Below are positions 1 through 12,540 of a DNA stretch of 64,000 nt, piece by piece; position 1 is the stretch's first letter, and every line of letters starts with the position of its first letter. The position numbers and the translations under genes were made by a program. The stretch spans positions 18,228,001-18,292,000 of the forward strand of contig CM022678.1 of assembly GCA_012295275.1 (NCBI GenBank). The letters are read 5' to 3'. The DNA comes from Chrysomallon squamiferum (Eukaryota > Animalia > Mollusca). The notes beneath the pieces were generated by a model. It had not been told where the DNA came from. It saw nothing but the letters and a program-made list of their open reading frames with translations, and ran no database searches.

Positions 1-2593
1 TCTCGAATCTGATGGCCATAAAGGATTGTTAGAAATAAATAAATAAGTAAATAAATAAATAAATAAATAAATAAAGATTGCAGATCCCAGACTGTTATCA
101 GTGGCACAGAGTAAAAAAAAAATATCCAACATTTATTGCATAATTCATTTAATTGCATTAAACATTACAAATAGGAATTGGGTACTGGTTGTCAACTGTT
201 CAAATGATATCAGAATGGAAGGTTGTTTTTACTTAAAGTGTAAGAAAAAAAACATTTTCTTGAAGAAAATGTTTCATTTTATTTATTTAGTTTTACCTAA
301 CACTTTATTTTCTAACTTTATATATATATATATATATTTTTTTTTTTATCAGAATAACCCCATGCTGTTCCAGTTATGTCCCTTTAAATGAGTTGTTTTT
401 TTTTTAATCTTGTTTTTCAACTGATTCATGTAGACTAATTTTCAAATATAATCATGGTGCCTTTTTATATGATTTGTTTATTTTTTAAAATCACTGGCCA
501 AAGGTGGTTCTTACATTGTCACAACTACAGCATTATATATTTATATATATATATATATAATATATATTTTTAACATTTCTTTTAAAATATATATAAATTT
601 TAAACTTGCCATATATGTGTTTTTGGATTTAAAATATTAGTAGTTTTACATACTAACAAATATATAAACTTCTTGTTTTTTTGTTTTTTTGTGATTATTT
701 GCAAATCAATATATACTGTTACAGATGTCTTGGTTTCTTGAGAAAACAAATTAAAAATATTGTCATTACTAATCTTTTTATTTATTTAGATTATTTTGCC
801 CATTTTTATTTTGTTTATTATTTTTATATCATTTTGACACTTAATCTGTTTTATTACTCTGTGTTATATAAGAAGTTGTAAAAATATTAAAATTTTGTTT
901 TCTTGAACAAATATGATAGTGACTGTGAAATTACAAAATGTACAATTCCAGTCTAGTATGGGGAGATAACTGTGTTTTAATTTATTAGGTGGGTTTTTTT
1001 TGTTTTGTTTTATGCACCTCTGAAATCAGAATTTAAAAAATTAATAATCTTGATATTTTATCTTTTTGTACATAAAGAGTATTTTGGGTTTTTTTTCGCA
1101 ACTTTAAAACATATAATTACTTTTAACATATATAAATATTACCTGTAATCTGATTCTTGATTTCAGTGTTTCTTAATTTATTTTTTCACATTTGTATTTT
1201 TGTTCTATTTTAATTTAATTATTATTATAATTATCATTACATTTTATATAATTTTTTTTTTTATTTCAAGATAAATAAGAAAATACATGTCACAAAATTT
1301 TATTTTGATACTTCTTACTTTTACAAAAATTTTGATCATTTAGCATTTCAGAAATTCTTACTCTGTAAGACTACGCAATTTTCTTTTCTTCTTTTTTTTT
1401 TACACATCTTTCAAGTTCATGCAGTTTTCATAATCATGTAAACAAAAATTATTTTTTTTCTTTTCACATTTTGTTTCAATCATGAAGTGATAAAAAATAA
1501 TTAATTTTCTCTCAAATATTATTTTGTTCTAATTTGATACAGAAACGTCTTGGATACTTTTATAATTGTAACTGATTCAAATGTTTGATTCAAAACTGTT
1601 TTATATATATTTTTAATTATTGCATAATCTTCGTATATACAATTTTTAATTTTGTAGATATTATACATTATTTATATATATTGTGCAAACCTATGTAAAA
1701 ACTAATATCTGAAATTTACTTACTTGGTTACTTGAAGACCATCAAAAAGAAACATTAATATTAAATGTATATTTATTTAATCATTTATTTACTGCATATT
1801 CAAATAAATGTCATGGACATTTATTTATTTATTTATTTATTTATTTGAGTATTTGATACAAAATCCAAACAAATTATATATACCGTAACCATGTAAATTC
1901 ATTTCTTCTCTCCGTCTCTCTTTACATTGTTTTTTCTTGACATTTCTGTCTCAGTGTATAATATATTTTACCAGATCAGTATTTGTTATTGAATAATGCA
2001 GCCTTTCAAAGATAAAAAATATTATTTTAAACATTTTGTTATTGTTGGATTTGAAAAAACAAAATTATTAATCTGTGATCCTTTGATGCATGTATTTGGT
2101 GTCATTAATTTATCCTTGCAATTTTTTCTTTCATTCATTCATTTATTGTATAATTACTATTATTACTACTATTATTAACGTCATCATCATCATCACTATT
2201 ATTTTTATGATTATTATTATTATTACTATTATTACTATTATTATTATTATTATTAATTTGGTTATTATTTTCAGCTTAAATATAAACAATTTAAATAAAA
2301 TTTATAATTGTACTATGTATTTTGTGTCAATTGGTATTTGTATTTTCTTAACTTCCATAGTTTAATATGTATTAAAATTTTACCTTTTATTAAATTGATA
2401 GCTGAACTAGGCCACTCCCCAATATTTTATTGTGAAACTTTTGATATAATTTATATATGTAGAATGCATCCTTTTTATTATAAAGAAAGAAAGAAAATAA
2501 TTTTTCATTGTTTTATTGTTTTACTTTGAATGTTGTTGGTGTGTGTGTTGTTGTTTTTTATAATTAATTCGTGAGTGTGATTATTAGTAACTC

Positions 2594-2630
<37 letters not shown>

Positions 2631-3771
2631 TGTATTTATTAGGTGTGTGCATGTGTTGTGTGAGTGGATTTTATGAGTTTCTTTGTTATTTATTTATTAT
2701 TTAAAGAAACAAAACACAACTTCCAAACCTAGCACAAATAATTCCATTTACATGAGAAATGTTTGTTGATGGAGCCATTTTTTTTTCATTTAAAATCTTC
2801 AATTAAAAAAGAAAAGAAAAGAATATATATATATAAAATATTTTCTCTCTGATAGTTAAACAACATCTCAGAATAATTTAAAACTATCAGTACATTTAAT
2901 TTCTCAGTTTAATTCTAAACAGCATTAAATAATTTACATATTATTTGATCATGAACTTCCTAATTTATAAAAGAAAGCTTTAACTGGAACATATATTTTG
3001 TCACTAATGAACTGTTTTATAACATTCATAATTAATTTAAATTGTCTATAATAAATGTTTTTAATACATTGTGTTATTTACATAACAGATTAACTTTTGT
3101 TAGCATTAAACATTGTTACAAATATTGCTGTCATTTACATTAAACAGTTTTAGATATAAATTTATTACTATTCTAATTAGCATATATAACTAATTATGAT
3201 TATTAATAGTAAGTTTCCAAAATTTATTTCAATGTTTTATGTTAAATAGAACCAAAATAACACATACACACTTATATTTAAAATCTTGAGTGTTATTTAA
3301 TGAAAACAGTTTTGTATTAAATTGTATCTAAGATTACTTTTTTAGATCAGCATATTTAGATCAGCACTTCAAAAATACATTTAACCATGATATTTATAAT
3401 ATCATAAATTCAAGTACTTTGTATCTGTTCAAGCATTAATTTTATGCAAATTAAATTGTTCTTACATTTTTTGAAATACAGTAGTATTATACAACTTAAC
3501 CTGTACTAACTTTTTAAAAAGAAAACAGTATGCATATTAACTGTACTTATTTTTTAAATAAAATATTACGCAAATTTAATTGTGCTTCTATTGATGTTTT
3601 ATGTTGTCAATTTAAACTGAATTTAAGAAAATTTTATAATACGCAACATTATTATTTGTAATAAAGATTTACTTCGTTGCATTCAGAGCTAATTTTAATA
3701 TCTTTTTCTATTCTCTGTTATTTACCTTGTTTCTTCATTTTCTTTTTGTTTCTGGACTGTAAAAATAGAAA

Positions 3772-3804
<33 letters not shown>

Positions 3805-4644
3805 TTACCTTTGCGTTAACAAGTTTTGTAACTTAGCATTACTGCATCTATGTAAATATATGTATATTGAGAATTTGGCGTTACATTGTTGTTATTATTA
3901 TTACTACTAACTGTTTCAGGGGTGGGGGATTTCATCTTCAAAGTATCTTCCAAAAAAACAAGAAAAAAAAAGATATGCATTAAAAAAGTATTACCTTTAT
4001 CATTTTAAACTGTATCACTTGTATTTTCAAAATTTTTAACAGCAATTTAATATTGTTACAGCATGGAAAAGGAAATTATCCAGTTAGACTGACTTGTGTA
4101 ATAATCTTAGACACCTGCATAGCAATTCATCATGTGAAGCTGAACAAAATGTTCATTGTGTGCAGAGATCCAGCTGAACATTTTAAAGTACCTTTAACAT
4201 AAATAAAAAGTATCTAAATTTGGAAACAAACAGCGGAAATATATTTTTCTTTCAACAATTTTTTTTATTTAATTATTTGCTGATGATACAGTTTTTTTCC
4301 ACAGGCAAAAATGTGTATTAGGATCCTTCCTTACAAATTTAGTAATAAATAAACACAATTTATTCTTTAAAGGGATGCTTTTTTGGTTTTAACTGGCTTC
4401 TAACCTTTTCTAATACTAAAATATAAGCCTGTAATTAAATGCTGACACTGCTATTTTCCTTTCTTTGCTATTAATATTTTTAACAAACATTTTAATTTTT
4501 ATAGATTTAAATTTACAAGTTTGTCATTTTTATTTCTTTACCTTCAACTGTATGAAAATAGCTGCAAAATGTATTTATCTGTAAGAAACGTTACACGTAT
4601 TTATATGTGAAATTGCACATTGAAACAAATACTACAGTTTCCTT

Positions 4645-4658
4645 GTAACCATGGAAAC
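4645..4658. promoter_or_regulatory. RFX X-box candidate
   Basis: GTAACCATGGAAAC; motif match only. Confidence 0.3.
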
Positions 4659-5169
4659 TTGTTATATTACACACTAAACTTCATTATTAGCAAAGGTTGG
4701 AAGCTAACGGCTATCTTAAAAAATCACAAGTTTGTGTACAAAATGTATTTTTCAGTATCACAGATAGTACAATCTTTGTTCATAATCTGCAAGTTTGAAA
4801 TAAAAAATGAACCTGCATAAATATGTAATAATAATAAATGTAAGTAAAATAAACAAAAACATTTTTTTTTTTTTTTTTAAATAAATGTTTAATTTCCTCA
4901 GTAAAAAAAAGAAAAGATTAAACTTCATAGGAAATATATCAAACTTATTTATTTTCAACACAATTAGAATGTGGTTAATATCTGAGGAAAGTGATGATAG
5001 GAATATTATTTTTCCAGACATATTTTAATTTCCTGTCACTGCATGATAAAAATACAGAAATAAATTTTGTATGAAGCTAAAAAAAAACATAAGCAAATAA
5101 ATAAATTCAAAATAATAATAATAGTAATTTTTTTTTAAAAGATGATTATCATATCTAGATAAAAAAAAA

Positions 5170-6444
5170 TCACACAGTATCGAAATACTTAGCGGAAAAA
5201 TCCTCCTCGTTAAGTCTGAGTTCTTTAATAACGGATTTTTTTGAAAGCACACCAGCGTCCTGTAATATCTTCCACCTCAACGAAAGCCTCTCTGAGCTGT
5301 AATACAAGAGATTCGGGTTCATCTGTATGTCCTCCGACAAAAGCCCCATCTCATCCATCAAAACATCCAACACGTGCTTCAGACGTCTGGCGTTCATCAT
5401 ATCAATCATCTTTGCCCTTTTCAGCATCATCTCGAACTGCTGCTCATTAATCGACAGTCTGTGCATGAGGTACTCTCTTCTGTTCCTGTGAGGACCAAGA
5501 ACTTTCTTCTCTTCGATCCAGTTGGGTAAAACGGATTTGAAATTACTGCTGGACGTTGTCACTATGAACACAATGTGCTCTTTGAGAATTAGATCCAGCT
5601 CTGACAGGTACTGCAGTCGTTTGCTCGCCATTTTTATTGAGGTGTTGAGCACTCCTGGATTCTGTCGTATTTCGTCTAAAGTGAGTCCGTACGATTTCAG
5701 GATTTCGACCAGCTCGGTCAAATGCGAAGGTCGCCTTGTGAGAAGATGATAGTTTCCTGGTTTCTCCGCCATTTCTTTGAGCTCGGCTTCACTGCAGCCC
5801 AACAGAGCAGCTACGTAGCTGTCTCTGGAAGGGTAGCCGTCCACGAGGGCGCTGTCCTTCTCCATCTGCTCCATGTACTGTCGGTACTGCGATCGCGTCA
5901 TGCACGCAGGCCGAAGGATTGTGCTGACTTTCCGAACCTCTTTCATCCTGTCCAGTCTCTCTGTGAGCTCCTCAACAGTGCGGTAAAAAATGGGAAAGTA
6001 ACTGATGAGGTCTCTGATTCCGTATCCGTAACTTTTCACCAGCTGCATCTTCTGAATGACGTCGTCAACGTTGAAACACGTCACGATACGGGTGTCTTTG
6101 CGAACAAGTTCTTCGACAAGCGAAACGTCACAGTTGAACACTGACGCGAACTTAACAATTTTGTCTCCGTTCGTTTCAACAACGTTTTCAATTTCTTTCA
6201 TGTATCGTTTGGGAATTCGCCTGTACAATGGAAAAGAGTGTAGCTCTTTTGTCTCCGTGTGCTGCCAGCATCTTTGGAAAGAGTTGATCTGTAATCTGGA
6301 AGTGCAGAGGGGGCTGGTAACACCACACCCAGATCGGGCAAAGCTTCCCAGAGTTCTGTTTCTAACAAGAATCCGCTGGATCACTCCGTGTAGAGACAGT
6401 TGTAAATATAAACGAGATATATTCTGTAAACAAAGCGCACCCAT
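5170..6444 (-). CDS. mTERF-family mitochondrial transcription termination factor-like protein, 424 aa, single coding exon
   Basis: Long GC-richer ORF. A splice acceptor (tttgtttaacAG, AG at 6460-6459) lies just upstream of the ATG at 6444, so the first 18 ORF-track residues are intron/UTR. The N-terminus is Arg/Leu/Ser-rich and lacks acidic residues (mitochondrial presequence-like). It has repeated mTERF-type helical motifs (ILKSYGLTLDEIRQNPGVLNTSIKMASKRLQYL; VLMDEMGLLSEDIQMNPNLLYYSSERLSLRWKIL). The paralog cannot be assigned by eye. Confidence 0.85.
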   Translation of the reverse strand: MGALCLQNISRLYLQLSLHGVIQRILVRNRTLGSFARSGCGVTSPLCTSRLQINSFQRCWQHTETKELHSFPLYRRIPKRYMKEIENVVETNGDKIVKFASVFNCDVSLVEELVRKDTRIVTCFNVDDVIQKMQLVKSYGYGIRDLISYFPIFYRTVEELTERLDRMKEVRKVSTILRPACMTRSQYRQYMEQMEKDSALVDGYPSRDSYVAALLGCSEAELKEMAEKPGNYHLLTRRPSHLTELVEILKSYGLTLDEIRQNPGVLNTSIKMASKRLQYLSELDLILKEHIVFIVTTSSSNFKSVLPNWIEEKKVLGPHRNRREYLMHRLSINEQQFEMMLKRAKMIDMMNARRLKHVLDVLMDEMGLLSEDIQMNPNLLYYSSERLSLRWKILQDAGVLSKKSVIKELRLNEEDFSAKYFDTV

Positions 6445-7058
6445 AGCTAGATATAAGCCTGTTAAACAAACTGAGTATTCAAAAATGAGAATAAGCAATA
6501 CTGATCACTGTTCCGGCAGGAAAGTGTGGCTGTGTTTAAGAAAGATTAAAAAACACCAGAGATTTGTTAGCATCCTAAAGAACACAGTGTCAGTAAACAG
6601 GATCCAGTGCATTGCTTACCAACATTTCAGTTTACATTTGACACACAGTTCAGCTGATTACAGATCCTTTGAATTTCAGAGAAAAAAAATGATGTGTTGT
6701 TTATTGCATTATGCATGTATTTGATGTAACTGTCTTTATATCTGAAAAAACAACAACAAAGAATAAGAAATAAATAATAAGTAGAAAATGAAGAGAAAAA
6801 ACAGAAATTAATTATAATAATATATTCATGAACAAAACTTTTATTTTTATATATTTATAAATGAGTTTCAAGATACTTTATACTGCCATTTATTAAAGTT
6901 TAATAATTTTTATCTGATGCTTATTAATAATTGTTATTGTTATGGCAAGTATGAGAATGAAATATCTTTTCTTTAATCAGAAAAAACTGAAACTGAAATG
7001 TATAATTTACGACGAAGTTGATTCATAAGATAAATGCAATATCACATTATACAAAAAA

Positions 7059-7090
<32 letters not shown>

Positions 7091-7725
7091 CAACAACAAC
7101 AACAATAATGCGAGTATGCTTTATACTAAATTATAGTTTATGTGAATAACAATCACGTTACAATGCCTAGAAATTGCATTGTTATTCATATAAACAATAA
7201 AGCATACTATTCTGTAATGATCTCGAACTGAAATAAGATAACAAGATACTAAATTTTTATATAATGAACGGATTAAGTCAGTAAGTGTGAATAATATTCG
7301 ATATTTTAATAATTATTCAAAATTCTATCATAGATCATTAGATGTTATCAACATCAATATGTGTACAGTACATGTAGCTAAAATGTAATCGAATTTCGCA
7401 TTAATATCAGAGGTGATAACAAAATTAAAATATGTGCCGTGGATGAGTATATTAATATGAATTGTGTGTTTGTGTGTTAATTAATGGTATTACAAAACAA
7501 ATAAAAACAACCTACATTTCTTAAATCCAACGTGACAACAAAATGTGACTTTATGCAAAAGAGACGGAGTTACGTCCCTTTAATGAGTTATTCCGCTTTA
7601 ACGAGATTCTACAAAACTATGAATTCATATTACCCGCAGATACGAAATTAGAATGAATTCATTTACCTTTTTATTTTCGTTTATAATAATAACACCACTC
7701 TCTTGTTTGGACTTATTATCTCCTA

Positions 7726-7774
<49 letters not shown>

Positions 7775-8173
7775 CAACAACAACAACGATAACAACAATA
7801 ATATCTAAACAAATATAGGCATATATATAGAAGGGTGATTGGTGCAGAAAGAGACACGAGAGTCAGAGAAATACCAATATGCGCGCGCACACACACATAC
7901 ACATAATAAAAATAAAAAAAAAAAAAAAAAAATTTAAAAAATGCCATAAAAATAATAATAATAATAATATTTTGAGAATGATACATACGTAGGTTTAATT
8001 ACGTTTTATTTTCTGTTCTTGAGATTCGATCCATGTACGTAGTAGTCGTTATTCAGATGGATGTGTATTTACGACATCAAAACCTGCTTAAAGTTACTAT
8101 GAAAATTATTACTGCCAAATATTTTTTATACCATTCATAACTGAACTATTCATAGTTGCAGTAATAGTAGAAA

Positions 8174-8196
8174 TACTACTACTACTACTACTGCTG

Positions 8197-8262
<66 letters not shown>

Positions 8263-8283
8263 ATAATAATAATAATAATAATA

Positions 8284-8318
<35 letters not shown>
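8174..8318. repeat. Compound microsatellite (ACT)n(AAT)n(ATT)n
   Basis: Directly visible. Confidence 0.95.
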
Positions 8319-8319
<1 letters not shown>

Positions 8320-8666
8320 AATAGATAAAATCTTTGCTCTGTGTGCGTGCTAACATAAGCATATGTGTGGGTTGTCAGTCTGCAATCTCTGTGGGATATC
8401 ACAATGATAATTATTTTGTCACGCTACGAAGCACTGTTTAAGTATCTTCTTGTTCGAATTTTAACCACTTCATTGTATGAAATGACTCGAATGATACGTT
8501 TGGTAACAAAAACAAAACAAAAGCTGTTAAGCTTTTCTTCTCGAAATGATTTTTATTAACCTCGGTTTGGCTAGGAACATTTTTTTTGTCTGTTGTACTT
8601 TTTATAATTTTCGTCATCATCAACGTTTTGTTCCGATGCTTGAGTTTTTTCTTCTAAGTTTTAATG

Positions 8667-8667
<1 letters not shown>

Positions 8668-8730
<63 letters not shown>

Positions 8731-8752
8731 GTGTTTGTTTGTGTGTGTGTGT
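8668..8752. repeat. (GT)n microsatellite
   Basis: Directly visible, slightly interrupted. Confidence 0.95.
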
Positions 8753-9246
8753 TTTATTTACTTTTTAACAGTTTATTTGTTGGCTTGTGTATATGCATGT
8801 CTTTTTATATTTTTATTTGTCTATATCTATTTTATTATTTTTATTATTGTTTAAGTGTTTAGCATTTTTATCAGCATCATCATAAGATACTAATTAGTAT
8901 GACATATTATTATTCATTAGTTATTTATTCAGTCTTACGCTACGATACAAATTAATAATTGTATAAATACCCTGAGATAGATACGACAGGGTACAATCTA
9001 CATTAGAAACACAGATACGAGTACCACCATTCATTACGATTTAAAATTCGTTACCTCGAATTGTTTTGTTTGTAAGCACCTTTTATTCATATAGATTAGC
9101 GACATCGATACATCAGACTAAGTCTGGGATCATGGAACTGCAGTATTTCAACTGTGATATTGAAAAATAAAACATAATCGTATGGTTTGTGTTTTATTTG
9201 TCATACGTTACAATACAATGCGGTACAATAAAATACAATAAATGAA

Positions 9247-9289
<43 letters not shown>

Positions 9290-9758
9290 AAGTTATATAT
9301 ATATATATGTATGTATGTATGTATGTATCATTTTTATCACATATTTTCTTTAATCAGTTTAAAGTGTTAACTATCCAGCATAAATACAGGTAATATGTAT
9401 AGCACAACAGAATTCAGCACAATACAATATAATACAATAACTATTTCCCCCCATATATTTCTGAATTCTATACTAGCAAGTTACTTAACATGAAAAGTAA
9501 CGTCTCTGGTAAAATATTTCTTATCTTGTATGTAAATTTCTGTTTAAATATTTCATTGTTCAGCTCCAAAATTCAGTTTTAATTTCTGTAGTTAATATCA
9601 TATATGTTTACTTACAGTTACTTTTGTTTCTGAGAAAGAAAAGCCCAAATGTATTTTTGCTTAAGCTAAAGTGATAGTTTGTATTAGTAATAAAGTATAA
9701 CTCTTAGATTAGGAGGATGACAACACGTGCAAGATACTCCTGACGTACATCACACACA

Positions 9759-9862
<104 letters not shown>

Positions 9863-10287
9863 TTCAGAGATGGTCACCTATATGGAATGTCGTAAATACG
9901 TTTCCTTTCTTTGTTTCTGATGTAACTGATTTAGTACTTCTCTTATAGAAAAAGTTGGATTATAATACATATACGAAACATTTTGTTCCAAAACAACATT
10001 AATGTTAACACATAATATACGATTATTGTTACAACCACAGATGTGCAGCATAATTTGACATTAATACTGGAGTGTGCAGCTATGTTTTTCGAATGTCCTT
10101 TCTATATTACACATCAGAAGTAATTTCTTCACCTTACCCCCGCCAGTCTTCATTAATAATTATTTTCATTTTTTACTGTTTCATCTGCTTAATAAACATA
10201 ACATTACATTTAGTTTTGATATTACGGTCTTGATTGCCAGAGTTATTGTTACAATTGATAACACTTAAATATAATGTAGAAAACAGA

Positions 10288-11888
10288 TTATAGCTGCCGC
10301 CATCTTGGATCATGTAGATATTCTTCTGCTTCCGGTATGTATTTTTTGCCACCGGGATAGTAATCAGCGATGTTAACATCGCCTAGAATGTGCTTCAGTC
10401 CTTTCTTGACTTTCACTTTTTCTAAACTGTCGTTAGGACGCAGCCCGAGTTTCGTATTGCCTGGCAGTTTGTAGTTTTTGTGTTTGTACAAAGGGAAGTA
10501 AGAAAAATAGAGTCCCGTACCGCGCTTCCTGAACATATCCGGGTCTTTACGGAACCGTTTCACAGCCGCGTCTGAAAGTGCGAGAAGATAAGCTCGTTTG
10601 TGAATGTTTGGGTTAATATGCGGAAGTGACGTGGTTGTTTTGGATCCAGAGTTATCTCTCTTTTTTGGTTTACCTTCGGCAGTTTGCTCATCGCCGGAAT
10701 TGTAGTCTACGCTTTCGGACTCGTCAAGACGGTCGGAAAATTTCACTTTTAATTTACGTTCTTTTCCGTTAGGGCTGCAGATTTCTTTGTCAGTCTTGCT
10801 GATGTTGTTGTTATTATCGTCCTTGTCAGCAGTGACACCAGACACGACCTCTTGCGAGAACGAACCACCATCGCTGACTGTTTTCTTTGGTGAATGTTCA
10901 TGTCGTATTCTTACTTGTTTTCCGCATTTTGGACAAACAGAAAACTTTGAAACGCACCATTTTTCATGTTTGCCAATTCCGAAACATTCGGAACAGCGAA
11001 GTTTATTGGTGTCGACGTCGCTGCACTCGCACCACGCCGACGATTTGATCACCGACATCATGAAATCCGAAGTAGGGGAAGGTGTTGTTAGAGTGCTTTC
11101 CCTTGAAAAAGACACGCCACCTGACGGACTGTAGCCGCTATGTTTATTACGTCTGTTTCTTTTTCCACCAGGAAACATTTCGCCATCAGCGTAAAGATCA
11201 TCTCTGTTGCCAGGCATGTTATATTTTCCCGATTTCGTTCTGTGACGATATCTCAAATTAGCAGCTTTAGAATCTGCGTCTTCGTCATCGAAAGAATCGA
11301 ATTCACCAGGAACATGAACGTCCAGCGATCTACTGAATCTTTCTCGTCGTCAGTTTCTGATTGGCTTCTGTTGATTTTGCCACGTTTGGAATGACCCGGT
11401 CTCGGAATCCTTTGCCTTCGTCCACCTTGTTCTAGCTGCAGGCTTTCTTCTGGATCCAGATCTGCTGCAACCAAGTCTTTACGTTCTTGGGACAAGGGAG
11501 GTAACTCTAGAGCATTTTTGTTCCCTTTCTGCCGATTTCCCACTTGAGTGCTCACAAATGTATTATCGCTAACGAGCGGAATTAAACTCTCGCCCGCGTT
11601 TTCGTTCTCTTTCTCGAACGTTTTCGAGATCTTGAATCGGGATCGGCCGTGTTTTTTCGTATTTGTAGAGTCCTGATTCAGAATTTCTGTATCGAATAAG
11701 TGATCATCGTCAGACAACATGCCGGAGTTGAAGTCCACCATTGTCGGGTGGGGAGCACGTGGCTGATGGGGACAGCGGTTGAAGTACCCGTATTCAAAAA
11801 GATATCTGTGTGGATTGGCGGGGTATTTTCCGTCCGGGTCGAGCCGACTGCAAATGTAACAGAAATTCTCAGGATGTTTTCGTCGTAC
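10288..11888 (-). CDS. Large second coding exon of uncharacterised protein (about 553 aa in total if the frame break is repaired); contains a one-base frame disruption near 11341
   Basis: Acceptor ttattttttaAG|GTACGA opens the frame VRRKHPENFCYICSRLDPDGKYPANPHRYLFEYGYFNRCPHQPRAPHPTMVDF..., which continues as ORF 11253-11741. The downstream ORF 10288-11256 is in the -1 frame and is open back to ~11350. Composition is coding-like across the whole 1.6 kb. Cys/His clusters: CSECFGIGKHEKWC, CPKC. Confidence 0.7.
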
Positions 11889-12021
11889 CTTAAAAAATAA
11901 TAAAATAAAATCTCATATTTAATTTGATTCGTCAGACTGTTAGACGTAATTAACACACATACACACAGAAAGACAGTTAGGCAGACTGAAAGAGTCAGAG
12001 AAAGAAAAAACACACACACAC

Positions 12022-12025
<4 letters not shown>

Positions 12026-12101
<76 letters not shown>
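12026..12101. repeat. (GA)n microsatellite in the intron of the minus-strand gene
   Basis: Directly visible. Confidence 0.95.
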
Positions 12102-12102
<1 letters not shown>

Positions 12103-12480
12103 AGATCTCTTGATACCAATAATCACTTAAAGAATAAAATCGTCTTTTTCTTCGTTTTCTTCTTCTGCTCTCTTTCTTTCTTTTGTTACGGTGCCTTTAT
12201 ACTCACACTATGAATGTATTAACTGTATTTGTTTCTTTGTCATACTCACTGTTATTTTCAACCCACCCCGAGGTTCTGGGAGTCTAAGCAAAGCACAGAC
12301 ACGTCTCTGAGTTTTCCTGATGTCTAGAAGATCGAGAGGTTCAGGGATTGGACTGCTTGGTGATGACGTCATAATGGTGACGTAATAATCATAAGAAAAC
12401 GAAGCGGGTAGCTTATCTTAGATATCCCACTTATCTAAAATCAAAAATGAAAGAAATATTCAATTTCTTGAAGTACTTAC

Positions 12481-12540
12481 CCTGGGGAATTCATAGTTGA
12501 TGATGTGAATCATTTTCGAAATACTCAAACGAGGAGGCAT
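12481..12540 (-). CDS. First coding exon of uncharacterised minus-strand gene (MPPRLSISKMIHIINYEFPR)
   Basis: ATG at 12540-12538, 20 open codons, then a perfect donor AGG|GTAAGT at 12480. Phase 0 matches the acceptor at 11890-11889. Confidence 0.7.

Noticed and set aside
5241-6724. Plus-strand ORFs up to 222 aa overlapping mTERF
   Set aside because: Antisense shadows of a GC-richer coding exon with no recognisable protein features.
11253-11350. Programmed -1 ribosomal frameshift as a firm call
   Set aside because: No canonical slippery heptamer or evident stimulatory structure; a single-base indel is more parsimonious.
10787-12019. ORFs 10787-11134, 11140-11394, 11700-11900 (+) and 11678-12019 (-)
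   Set aside because: Antisense or off-frame shadows of the minus-strand exon; the spliced frame explains the region better.
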